Source of the DNA: Octopus sinensis
Lineage: Eukaryota
Assembly (NCBI RefSeq): GCF_006345805.1
Contig: NC_043000.1
Location: 31,248,001 to 31,312,000, forward strand
DNA length: 64,000 nt
Direction: 5' to 3'
The notes below the pieces were generated by a model. That model was not told the DNA's origin, ran no database searches, and was given only the letters and a program-made list of their open reading frames with translations. Numbering within the stretch: the stretch's first letter is position 1; the number at the start of each line of letters is the position of its first letter. This document shows positions 39,585 through 51,609 of this stretch, in pieces. The position numbers and the translations under genes are program-made.

Positions 39585-40665
39585 GAAAGTTTTGTGTAGA
39601 TACAGCCTAGCACTGGAACATATTGTTTGAGAATGATAGAAGATTGGCAGAGAGTCAATAATAGCCTTTATCGGTTTGAAGTGACTAGAATTACTTTGGC
39701 ATTTGGTATGTATGTGTGTATATGATGGTGATAAAGTCGATACACTGGACAGAGATAGTCTTGGGAGAGGTTTTTCTACTGTGTTCAGTATAGTGCGAAT
39801 TGGTAGGTAAAGCGGGTGACAAACGTGGACATTTTCTAGGCGGGATTATCATGGTTGGGAAGAAGAGAAAAATATGCTTTTGAAAATTTGGTGGAGATTT
39901 TTTGGTAAGAGACCAAAAAGAATGACTGAAGTTTGGAAGTCGGGAGATCTTGTTGGTAGTGTGATAATCATGGTTACGATGATAGTCTTGTAGGAATTGC
40001 GGTGCTGGGTAATAGCCATCAAGTATTTTGCGATTCGAATCCAAAAGAATGTGAGGCAAAATTGACCTCACTGGGATTAGATCTCGGCACAAAGAGCCGA
40101 AAAGTATCTGCAATGCATTTCATTCAATCTAACGCCAATTCTTCACCAATCAGTGTGCTACAATAAGTAAAATGCAGCCTTTTGCTTCCAAGATTACCAT
40201 AAATCATCGTCTTTAGCAATGCCTCTAAAGTAACATTCCTTTAATAATCTCAGTTAGAGAAGACTTTGGAAACTATATTTTCGAAGATAGACACTTAGAG
40301 AACTAAAGATATTTTCTATTTTCTCTGGTGATTCTGTGGTTTGTAATTGAGTAAGTTTTCATAAATATTGTTTCAAGTAATCTTCACAATTTTTCTGTGA
40401 AATAGGCAATGGTACCATCTTAATTCTATGACTCAGACTTCCTGTTCTAAAGTAATCTAGACTAAAACCTATGATCGAAATTTCATGATAATTTATGTTC
40501 CAATTAGCAGCTTAATAAGGACAAAGTTATTTTCTTAAATACTTCGTTATTTTCAAAATTAATTACAGCAAAATGAGAATAATTCGACAAAAATATGGTA
40601 ACAAAAGATTTAAATAAACTGCTTATAATCAAGAGTACAGACTATTTTTCAGTATAACTAATATA

Positions 40666-41916
40666 TAGAGCTGGGCGTAAGTCCGTTAACACGTTAATCG
40701 TTAATTAACGAAGTTAATATTTTTGTTAACGATTTAACTTTTAAGTTAACTTTGACAAATCATTATCGGCCTAATTAACTTCCGTTACATTTAGCTTCCG
40801 TTAACACAAGTCCCTTAACCTCAAAATTTCGTAAAACCCGGTAAATGTTTGGAACTACACGTGTGTTTCTATTGTTTTCAGATTGTTTTAGCATATTTAA
40901 TATTGTACGCGTCATTCTTTCAAACCCGATGTAACGCCATTTATCATTATAACTTGTGGGACCTCGTTTGGCCCTGCCTAGATTTGAAACCAAATCCACT
41001 CGCTTGTTGCTTGCAAAGACAGTGTGAAATCTCTTTGTCCTGTCAAGAGGGAACAGTGATTGATGTGTTTCCACTTGTTCCATGACCTCACTGAAGTGGA
41101 TGTCAACAGAAAATACTGACTTCCATAAAGTGGAAAAAATAAATGGAAAGAAAAAAGTTGGTAACTAATTCGGTGTGAACGCAAATAGCTGTTACGTGGT
41201 AGCAGGGCATGTTAAAAATAGCAGCCAAATCATTCCTTATCTGGAAAAAGGAGCTGTTTACGCGTGATTCGTTGAAAGCATGCAAAATAACCTGGAAAAG
41301 ACAAAAAGACCAGCGAAACAAAACTCCCCTGGTGAGAAACTTCGAGGTCCTGCCACCCCTGCTACCTTTCGTTTCCGGAAAAAAGTGGCTTGCGCTGTGT
41401 TTGGAGGTCAGATACATTGAATGCATCCGAAAAAAAACTGGAAAAAATTATTCCACACCGAGGTATGAAATATTTACCGAAAGAATAAAATCTTGTACCG
41501 ATTATACCTGTATTTTAATTAAAATTAATGTACCTCATCTTGAAAAGTGGCAAAATTTTTGTCGGTTGCCATCTGGGATAATTTTAGTAACAAATCAAAC
41601 AGGTAACATGCATTAAGGATTTCAATTTTAGTGCTTATCCATAATTTTATTTCTTTTACACCTGTTAATTAAATTTACCTGCTCATAAAAGTCAAATTTA
41701 ATCAGCAAGAACAGCTAAAATTTCATAACGATAAACCAGTGCTATATAAAGCACCCACTGACAAAATTTCAAATCTCTATGTATAAAATTTACTAAGTTA
41801 CAAACAATATTATGGACAACCCTCTTGAACCTGAATAATTCAAAATAACGTGAACAAATAAGCATTACATTTGACAGATTAATATGAACACTAAAGATGT
41901 TTTTAGGTGTTTTGGG

Positions 41917-41971
<55 letters not shown>

Positions 41972-42836
41972 ACACACACACACACATAACACAGCCTCTC
42001 TCGATTGGAACTACACGTGTGTTACTTTGACATCATCATTCCATAAAATTTATGTATAGGGAGGAAAATATTGAAAAATATCAACAGATGTGTGAGTGAG
42101 AAAGAAACGAGGAGGAAGGTTTTGGGATGTGCTAGAAACAACAACCAGATCCCCCTTTAATCACACATTTTCCTCTGAAATTATTAATATTTTTGAAACC
42201 GAAAATGTTTCTCTCACGGGTTTTAAGTGCGTAGTGAAAAAAAAAAAAGAAAAAAAAATGGTTGGCAGGAGTGAAAAAAAAATTTCAAAATGTTTTTCCT
42301 TTTTGTTTCGTGAAAAGATGCCTCCCAACATTTAGAAGACTTTGGTGAAAAACATTGGGAAAAATCCCCATCAAAATGGAGAAATTCCAACTTATACGAG
42401 TTGTTTGATCCGAAACTCCTCCTCCCCGCCCCTTCCAAATATCTTGTCCACAAATTTCTTTGTAATCGTAATCTACACAGTTTGAAAGGTATTTGTATAA
42501 AATTTCATTAAAAATACCTATTTTCCAAAAAGTTATGAGGGGGAAAATGTCGGGTCCTGTGAATTTTCCGAAACTTCTCTCTCCAACCCATCGGAAAATC
42601 TTTTCCAACAAACCTTTATATACACTCAATTTACAGGATATAAGCGATTATTTGGTGTAAGTTTCGTTAAAAAGTATCCATTTTTTCTGGAGGTTATAAG
42701 ATGGGGTATTAAACTGTAGCTGTACTTTTTTTCAATAAAAGTTAACGTTAACAGATTAAAGTTAACTTCCGTTACAAAGAATTAACAGATTAACGATTAA
42801 CGAAGTTAACTTATCGATTAACAGTGCCCACCTCTG
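40666..42836. mobile_element. Non-autonomous hAT-like DNA transposon
   Basis: Termini TAGAGCTGGGC and rc CAGAGGTGGGC; 8-bp flanks CTAATATA and TTAATATG; dense subterminal TTAAC/GTTAA motifs at both ends; no recognisable transposase. Confidence 0.75.
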
Positions 42837-43570
42837 TTAATATGCTTGTACGTTAACCATAATAACTATCCCTTTTAGAATATTTGCAGTAAGATTTAGT
42901 TCCAATAATCTTATCTTTGCTTGGGTTAAGCGTCTCTAATTCATTTGTGGTTTATACGCAGTACTCCGAATAAATATATTTACAAATTAAACGAAACCTC
43001 GTTATGTCCTTTATGCACAAGCCAGCCTGAACTTCTGCAGACTGGCTTGTATAAAAGGAAATATGGAAACTGGTACCATTTTCTATGAAAATCACTTTCT
43101 TCTGCCAATCTCTTTAATTACATCTTTCATCCATTCATATTTACCAGAATAAATTCCCTGCAGCTCTTTAAGGATGAGACATTTTCCAATAATTCGCCAC
43201 TGACTAATTATTCCCTCACATCCAATCTAGTTAGGGTTGTTTACGACCGGTTTACATGCGTCCTTACTTAACCTACTCTGCACTCCGTGGCCTTATATCG
43301 ACGTACCAATGTCTGGAGGCCATTTCATTATTGTTTCACTGACTTGCTTATTGCATCACTACGAGACAGAAATAGGAATAAAGATTAACAGAAGAGAAAA
43401 AAAAAAGAAACAATAAAAACCTATTTCTATTTCTGTTCTCTTTTATTGATAAAATATATTTAATGTGTCAAACATTATCAATAAAATTCACCTTCAAAAC
43501 ACTATTATTGGTTTCTCGCTGTTAGCTGTGTGTCTTCATTCGCGAATATGAAGTGAAGCTATCTCAAATG

Positions 43571-43601
<31 letters not shown>

Positions 43602-43718
43602 TGATGATGATGATGACGATGGCGGTTGTGATGGTGAGAACAATAACAGCAAGAATATTTAATACTCAAAATAGTAAGAACTGCAACAGCAGCAGCAGCA
43701 ACAACAACAACAACAATA

Positions 43719-45545
43719 ATCTTTTATTAGCCACACGGGCATAGATGAGGGAAGGCAACAATTTGTGTGGGCGTTTTCATAAAGGATGCCGTGAAAGAAA
43801 TGGAAAAGACAGCGAAATGTGATGGAAGTATGTGATAACATGAATGATGTGGTCCTCCTGATACAGGTGAAACTCCCACAAGCGCCAATCAAGGAACCCC
43901 ATAGATCCAGAATTATCCTGACGACCAAAGGTACGAGCCCTCACCCAACAGGTCTCTCCAATCTTCAGGCACCTACTTAGAGTAGAGCAATTCACTTGAA
44001 CCATTTTTGCCATAGTCACCCATCTTTACACAAATTCATTGATAGCACTTCCCTCTCCACCCCCACTTTACTTTTCAATTGGAACTTTAAAAAGTCGATG
44101 AGCGCTTGACCAAAGAGGATGGTGTTTTTCCTCAATCCTTTCAGCCTCGTCCATCCCATCTCTTTCACCATAGCCACTGGACAGAGGAACACCGTTTGCC
44201 CTGCCTTGTTAAAGGTGGCTGATGGGGTGATCCTCACCATAGAGTCGGCCCTGAGTTGGATTCGTTCCACACGTTATAACAGCTGTTCGATATAACTCCA
44301 CAAGTTAACAATGCTCATATACTGCATGTAGGGCGGAGAGCTGGCAGAATCGTTAGCACGGCGGGCGAAATGCTTAGCGGTATTTCGGCTGCCGTTACGT
44401 TCTCAGTTCAAATTCCGCCGAGGTCGACTTTGTCTTTCATCCTTTCAGGGTCGATAAATTAAGTACTAGTTACGCACTTGGGTCGATGTAACCGACTTAA
44501 GCCCTTTGTCTGTCCTTGTGTGTCCCCTCTGTGTTTAGCCCCCTGTAGGTTATAAAGAAATAAATACTCATATACTGCATGGCTTCAGGCAGAGCAGTTT
44601 CATCGTTTAGCGCATATCTTGGACAGTTCCGCCTGACATCGCTTCTGTGCCGGTAAGGGTTATCTCGAACTGTCAGCTAGTTTATTCTTGTCAACGCCTA
44701 GAGTTATCCCGAAAACGCGATCGCTCTTACCACCACCACATTTCTATATATGGATAATACCCACCGTATTTCCTGACTTGTAGAGAAGTGAGCGCCAGAG
44801 AACATTCTAGGTGTTAGGTACCTCATATTTGTCTTTTCTTGACCCAGGATTGCCGTTTTGTCAAAGAGATGAGCCTCGGAAAAGCGTATCCTACAAACGA
44901 AGACTACACCGGTTCACCGTCTAGAAAAATCTTTAAGTGGCGTAGCCGCATTGCGTGTCTGCGCATTAGCAACCATGGATTGCCAAATCCACCACCCAGA
45001 GGGCACTGATAATAGATGGACCGCCTGACCAGTTGAACACAGGAAGTGGTAAAGTAAATGCTCTAGTTGGGCCAAACGTGAACTGAGGCTAAGGACAAAG
45101 GTCAGGCAATAAGTTATTAAAAATGCGATGTTCGCATTCGCCACCTCTGATCGACCTTTCAGGGTCAATTTCCTCTCAGCCCACTTCTGAGTGAAACTGG
45201 CTACCCTTGTGCCAGTTCTTGTTTAGCTGGAGGTCAGGGTCGAACCAGAAATCGAGCAATTACTATGGACCGTGTGTCTATCGTTGGCATAGTTTTGCTT
45301 CTCTTTTTTGCCGAGCCACAGGCCTACCAACTTGTTCAGATTTATCCTATCCTCTGCCATCTCCTCGTATTCATTTAAAATAGAATCGACAACCTGAAAC
45401 CCAGCAGTGTCTGACGCCATGAGCGTGATGTCATCCGCATATGCTGATACACTTGTTCTCCAGCATCCTAGTTCGAGCGGGATGCCTTTCAAGAGTTCTA
45501 GTTTCTGCAGCAAAGGGCCGAGCGCCAGAACGTAGAGAAGAGATG
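43719..45545 (-). pseudogene. 5'-truncated L1/Tx1-like LINE relic
   Basis: RT motifs LLYVLALGPLL and SAYADDIT (45223-45545); C-terminal LWSYIEQLL and FLKFQLKSKVGVERE; 3' UTR ends CTAATAAAAGA. Confidence 0.85.
44329..44566 (+). mobile_element. SINE family A with a 15-bp TSD, inside the L1/Tx1 relic
   Basis: CTCATATACTGCATG at 44314 and 44567. Confidence 0.93.
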
Positions 45546-45842
45546 AGATAGGGAAGGAGGGAGAGGGATATAAAGAAGGAGAGAGATGGGAAGAAAGAGG
45601 TAGAGCTAGAGAAAGAGGGAGAGAGTGAGGGAATGAAAGAGAGAGAGAGAGAAAGAGGGAGAGACGAAGAGAGAAGGAAAGAGATAAAGAGAGAGACAGA
45701 GGAAGAGAGAGAGAGAGAAAGAGGGAGAGACGGAGAGAGAGGGAAAGAGATAAAGAGAGAGACAGACGAAGAGAGAGAGAGAGAGAAAACGAGAGAAGCG
45801 AGAAGAAAGAAGAGAGAGAGAGAGAAAGTGAGAAGAGAGAGA

Positions 45843-45888
<46 letters not shown>

Positions 45889-45890
45889 CG
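45546..45890. repeat. GA-rich tract
   Basis: Directly visible. Confidence 0.93.
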
Positions 45891-46346
45891 AGTGTTGCAT
45901 CATCACTGCTGCCGTGGTAGTGTAATCTAACTGAAAATTATCGATCGAAGGGACAAGAGACGGAAGGACCTTAGAAGCGGTCAGTTTAACTGGTCGGAAG
46001 TTTATGAGTCAGACATCGATTGACTTCAGAGATTGTGACCTAACAGAAGGGCACCGTGTGGCATGGCAGAGCAGCACTCAAACTTCAGCAGACAACAACT
46101 GTGTGACTGGTACCGTTTGACTCTGTAGAGTGGCATCTTATAATTTAGTTGGCCGGTACTCGTTTGGCCTAGCAGACAGGTACTCGTTTCACTTGGAAGA
46201 CAAGAATTCGATTGACCTAGCAGACTCGTTTCACTTGGAAGACAGGTACCAGTTTGGCCTAGCAGACAGGTACTCGATTGGCTTGGAAAGTAGATTGGTC
46301 TAGTAGAACCGAATCTAATCAACTTGCTCAGCTGCAGCTCTCTCTC

Positions 46347-46540
46347 TCTCTTTCTTTTTGTTTCTTCTTCTTCTTCTTCTTCTTCTTCTTCTTCTTCTTC
46401 TTCTTCTTCTTCTTCTCTTCTTCTTTTCTTCTTCTTTTTCTTCTTCTTCTTCTTCTTTTTCTTCTTCTTCTTCTTCTTCTTCTTCTTCTTCTTCTTCTCC
46501 TTCTTCTTCTTCTTCTTCTTCTTCTTCTTCTTCTTCTTTC
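46347..46540. repeat. (TTC)n
   Basis: Directly visible. Confidence 0.96.
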
Positions 46541-47405
46541 CCCTCCTCCCCCTTAACACTCTCTCTCCCTCTCTGTGCTCACCGACCGGAGTAAAAGGAG
46601 TAAAAGATGCAAACAGAAATCGTTAATTCATGTTTCTATGACAACCCGAATATTTCTGTACGGCTGCAGCAGCAACAACAACAACAGCAACATCAATAGC
46701 AACAGTAGTGACCAAATCAACTGGAAAAATAACAAAAATAACCAAAAAAAAAAAATATTATATATGTAGCACCCTCACCCATCTCCCATAAAACTATTTA
46801 ATATATCTTATTTTCAAGTTGGCAACTCTAATAAATTTGGTTCGAAGCAGCGATCAAAGAATTAGTTTTGTAGCTATTCTGTTAATAAACGCTTTTTCTA
46901 TAGTCATCGATGATTCATCAATCGACAACGTTTAACCGATCAAGCACCACTGATCAAAGATATCGAACGCCAACAAATTCACTTCCCTTTCACGTATATA
47001 TAACATATTTTTTTTTACTACTTTGTCATAACATAGATATGTGTGTATATGGATATATGTGTGTATGCATATAGATATGTTTGTGTATTTACTTAAATAA
47101 AAAATATCGCTTGTGTAAATATGCTTATGCAGATAAAAATATACATATGTATGTGTTTATGATCACACACACACACACACTCACATACTCACACACACAT
47201 ATGTAAAGTATACATACACACAAACATGTACTTCAACATATATAGGTACATGTGTACGTGTATATATAAATATATATCTATATATTTGCATATATTTATA
47301 TATATATGTATCTCTGTATAATATGGTTAAATGTAAATATATATATATATATGTATATATATACGACGTATGTATGTACGTATACACGCAGACAGACAGA
47401 CACAC

Positions 47406-47443
<38 letters not shown>

Positions 47444-47573
47444 TTAAACATGTATATACAAAAATTATTTATTTTTCCCTTATTCTGTATTTGTACGGAG
47501 TATTATGTAGTGCCAGAAGTGTTTTTCATCGCAGCTCTGGCATCGGATCATTTCTCCCCCCCCCCACACATAC

Positions 47574-47740
47574 ACGACGGGCTTCTTCCAGTTTCTATCA
47601 AATCTTTTCGCAAGACTTTGGTCGGCCCGGGGCTAGTGTATTCTAGCCCCGGGCTAGAATACACGAGGGGACACGCAGTGGGACTGAACCCTGAATCATG
47701 TGGTTGGGTAGCAAGCTTTTACTACACAGCTATCCAGCGC
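47574..47740 (-). mobile_element. SINE family B head with a local palindrome
   Basis: Homology to the B head; perfect 14-bp arms at 47636-47664. Confidence 0.8.
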
Positions 47741-47756
47741 CACCACACAACAAAAC

Positions 47757-47832
<76 letters not shown>

Positions 47833-47899
47833 ATATTATATATATATATATATGTATATAAAACAGAAAAAGGAGAATATTAATGAACAAAAATTTATA

Positions 47900-48074
47900 T
47901 AGGATAATTAATCACGAAGAACATTTTGATACCGGTTTCAGTCTTTGCGATTTTTTCAACTTAGAGTGAAGCATGAAAAAACTATTAAATTATTTTTCAT
48001 GCTTTACTCTAAGTTGAAAAAGTCACAAAGACTGAAACCGGTATTAAAATGTTCTTCGTAATTAAATTATCCTA
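47900..48074. repeat. Imperfect hairpin element (~80-bp arms) with hammerhead-like remnants
   Basis: Arms are reverse complements with a few transitions; right arm reads TTGAAAA-AGTC-ACAAA-GACT-GAAAC-CG-GTA. Confidence 0.85.
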
Positions 48075-48101
48075 GCATTTTATACCTTGTCCTATTTTCC
48101 T

Positions 48102-48133
<32 letters not shown>

Positions 48134-48164
48134 CAGAATATATAAATATATATATATATTATAT

Positions 48165-48204
<40 letters not shown>

Positions 48205-48208
48205 TCTG

Positions 48209-48814
<606 letters not shown>

Positions 48815-48840
48815 TATATATATATATATATATATATATA

Positions 48841-48868
48841 CTAGCAGAGATATCCGGCGTTGCTCGGA
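48841..48868 (-). mobile_element. Solo Helitron 3' end
   Basis: Plus-strand A|CTAGCAGAGATATCCGGCGTTGCTCGG matches the terminus at 4072. Confidence 0.65.
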
Positions 48869-49277
48869 ATTTTTATTGTCTTATTTGTTTCAGTAATGTG
48901 TGATTGCGGCCATGCTGGAGCACCGCCTTTAGTCGAACAAATAGACTACATTCCGCAATGTAACTTTCCTTTCTGTAGAGAGAAAAGCAGCCAGACGGAG
49001 GAAATATCTTAATTTATAAAGATCAAAAATAAAATCACAGATGACAAAAAGAGAAATGAACACGCAATCCAGCGAGAAAGGTATTAAAAGTAACCGTAGA
49101 TAAATATGGATGTATAAACACACTCGAGCAAACTGTATGGCGCGAGTTCATTCGCTCATACAAGCATCCGCAAAAATGTGAGCAAGTTATCTACTTGGTG
49201 TTTATAAGAATGGGGAGGTTAAAAGTAAACTCAAGTCATCCATTCCTTAAAGTAAATTAAATTAAGTTAACGGTTAC

Positions 49278-49760
49278 TCAAAATTCATTCTCACTGCATT
49301 GGGCGAAAGTACATTTATATTCGTGTAGGCATCTCGAGAATCGTTCAGAAATTCTATTTATTATCTTCTCGTTAGTCCACAGAATAGACAGGGATTCCTC
49401 GGAGCAGAGACCGCATGTCCTGGAAATTATATTGTATGGTTTCGCATACCTTACTATGAGCCAATTAATGCTGTACTTAATTTTATCCTCCTTCAGTCGC
49501 CATACAAAATCTGCTAAAAATATTGAATGTCTTTTATTGATTGTCTTAAAGCTGGCAGCATGGTTACGATAACGATTCTTAAATGAATCAGCTGCCTGCC
49601 CAATGTAAACATAGAGCCCTCTACTTGTGTGCACGGTACATTTATATACAAGATTTGTACTCATTCAGAGATTCATCAAAGGACATTTGGATTTTTCTCT
49701 GCATGAGTATTTATCGTATTTATTTGTATATAAAGCAGCCCTAACTTCATTTACCGCCGT
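49278..49760 (-). pseudogene. Penelope-like element Cys linker plus GIY-YIG endonuclease
   Basis: SCREKSKCPLMNL*MSTNLVYKC..YIGQ..FKNRYRNH..W.I...A.PYN..SRTCGLC.EE..IN...E.FS.C.H; the 49665 and 49278 ORFs are in frame across one TGA at 49665-49667. Confidence 0.9.
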
Positions 49761-50714
49761 TGTTACTATGCTAGCTGTATCATAAGTAATTCTACTACTA
49801 CAGATTGGTTGTAGTTGGTGTTTATCATTGTGGCTTACATCTCCTTGGTTGGTATTTAAATGCAAATGTTCGCTGGATTGTGTTCCACGTTTCCTTTTGA
49901 TGTCCTGTACCCATATATGCATGTATATATACATATGTAGGTATGTACATATGTGTAGGTATATATGCATATATTTATATATTATTTATATTATTATATG
50001 ATCGAACACCACGCATCCTTTTCCAAGTAAGTTTTACCTTAATAATTACGATGCGCACTCTTCTATCTTTACTATCTCTTCTCTGTCTATCTCTCTCCCT
50101 CTCTTGTTCTTCATCCTTTATGGTTTTCTCTCCCACCTTCCATATTCTTCTCCTCTCCTCTTCACTGTTCCCTCTATCTCACTCCTCCTCCTCGACTCTC
50201 TTGTCGCTGATACGTGACGAAAAAGAATCTTTCTGCCCACTACCTTTGTAAAGAAAAAACGTGCTTATACTGTCTCCTTCATAAGCTCGTCTTCCTAGTG
50301 TTCATAATAACTCTTCTATTGTCTTGGCTTAACAGCCCTCACCGTTTGTTTTTATTGTTTTGCTCTCACTGTCCTGTTCTTGTTACCACTTTCACCCTCT
50401 CAAAAAATCCCAAATTTTATTTAATTTGCTTTGCGGGAAGGACTGTTTCAACGAAGTCGCGTCTTGTTCTTGCCTTCGTAACGCGGAGTAGATGAAACAG
50501 GGGCAACTGAAGAAGGTAAATAATCTTCATATTGTATGTCTCATTTCTCTGTTTTGTTTTTACGCTGTTCGAAAAAACGTTCGTTTCAATGCTCTTTTTT
50601 ATGTTTTCGTTTCTCATTGTGTTCAACGTTTTTTTTATGTCCTGTACCCATATATGCATGTATATATATATATATATGTAGGTATGTACATATATGTATG
50701 TATGTATATATATA

Positions 50715-51300
50715 ACTGATAAACAAAGGCAAAAGAAAAACATTTCTAATGCCAAATATGCCGAAACTAGACACATCGTCATAACCATATAGTTCATCAC
50801 TATAAGCACGCGTCTCGAAGAAAGCCGACAGATATCTCTAAAAAATTCCGTTATTATCATATCGGACCCGATTTCAGAGTTAATTCATAAGAACCTTCTC
50901 TTCATCAGTGATAAATGCGGCAAAGAAATAAATGAAATACTTACACCCATGGAAGAAGCAAACACTAAGTCATGAGCATAATTAAGTACCCCAAATATAT
51001 CCATAATAGAAATTCTCCAGCCCATTCGAGACACGTGCGATTCGAACTGAAAACTCTCACAGAGTGAGAGTCCGGAACTGAACACTATTAAATTTATATC
51101 TAATATAGGATAAAATTTTTCGGAAAAAAATTTATCAATGGCCAGCATATTAAAAAATACCTTTAAAGGTTAAATTTATAAACAACTTATAAACAAGGGC
51201 AAAAGAAAAAAAATTCTAATGCCAAATATGCCGAAACTAGACACATCGACCATAACCATATAGTTCATCACATAACCATATAGTTCATCGAAGAAAGCCG
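50715..51300 (-). mobile_element. ~465-bp non-coding unit with ~110-bp terminal redundancy, carrying a hammerhead-like motif (pLTR- or retrozyme-like)
   Basis: 50715-50826 resembles 51180-51300; hammerhead motif lies between them. Confidence 0.65.
50860..50913 (-). ncRNA. Type-I hammerhead-like motif
   Basis: TATCA-CTGATGA-AGAG[18 nt]CTCT-GAAA-T-CGG-GTC^CGATA; intact core, 4-bp stem II, GUC triplet; U-G in stem III and a mismatch at the first stem I pair. Confidence 0.65.
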
Positions 51301-51580
51301 CTGGCGGCGGCGATGGAGAGAGTAGATTTTCAATGCTTTAAGGCGGTCCCGTAATCAAGATCAGTCATGCCCTTAATTCGTTTAGTGAATGGCCTCTGCG
51401 GTGATTCAGTTTTCGACCTGTTTTGTTTTGTGTGGGGAGACCACAGGGGGCAGCAGTATTCGGGTTGTGGTCGTACAAAGGAGGAGAAAAGTGGAATGAT
51501 GATACCTTGTTCTCTGGACCGGAAAGTTCTTAGGATTCAGCTATATCGACCTTATTGTTGATGTGGGCACTCCAACGTTT
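51300..51580 (-). pseudogene. CR1/L2-like RT C-terminal fragment
   Basis: WSAHINNKV..FRSRE..IIPLFSSFVRPQPEYCCPLWSPH..QRPFTKRIKGM..Y.DRLKALKIYSLHRRR. Confidence 0.75.
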
Positions 51581-51609
51581 AGTTGCATTTTGCTTTTGAC
51601 TGCCCATTG

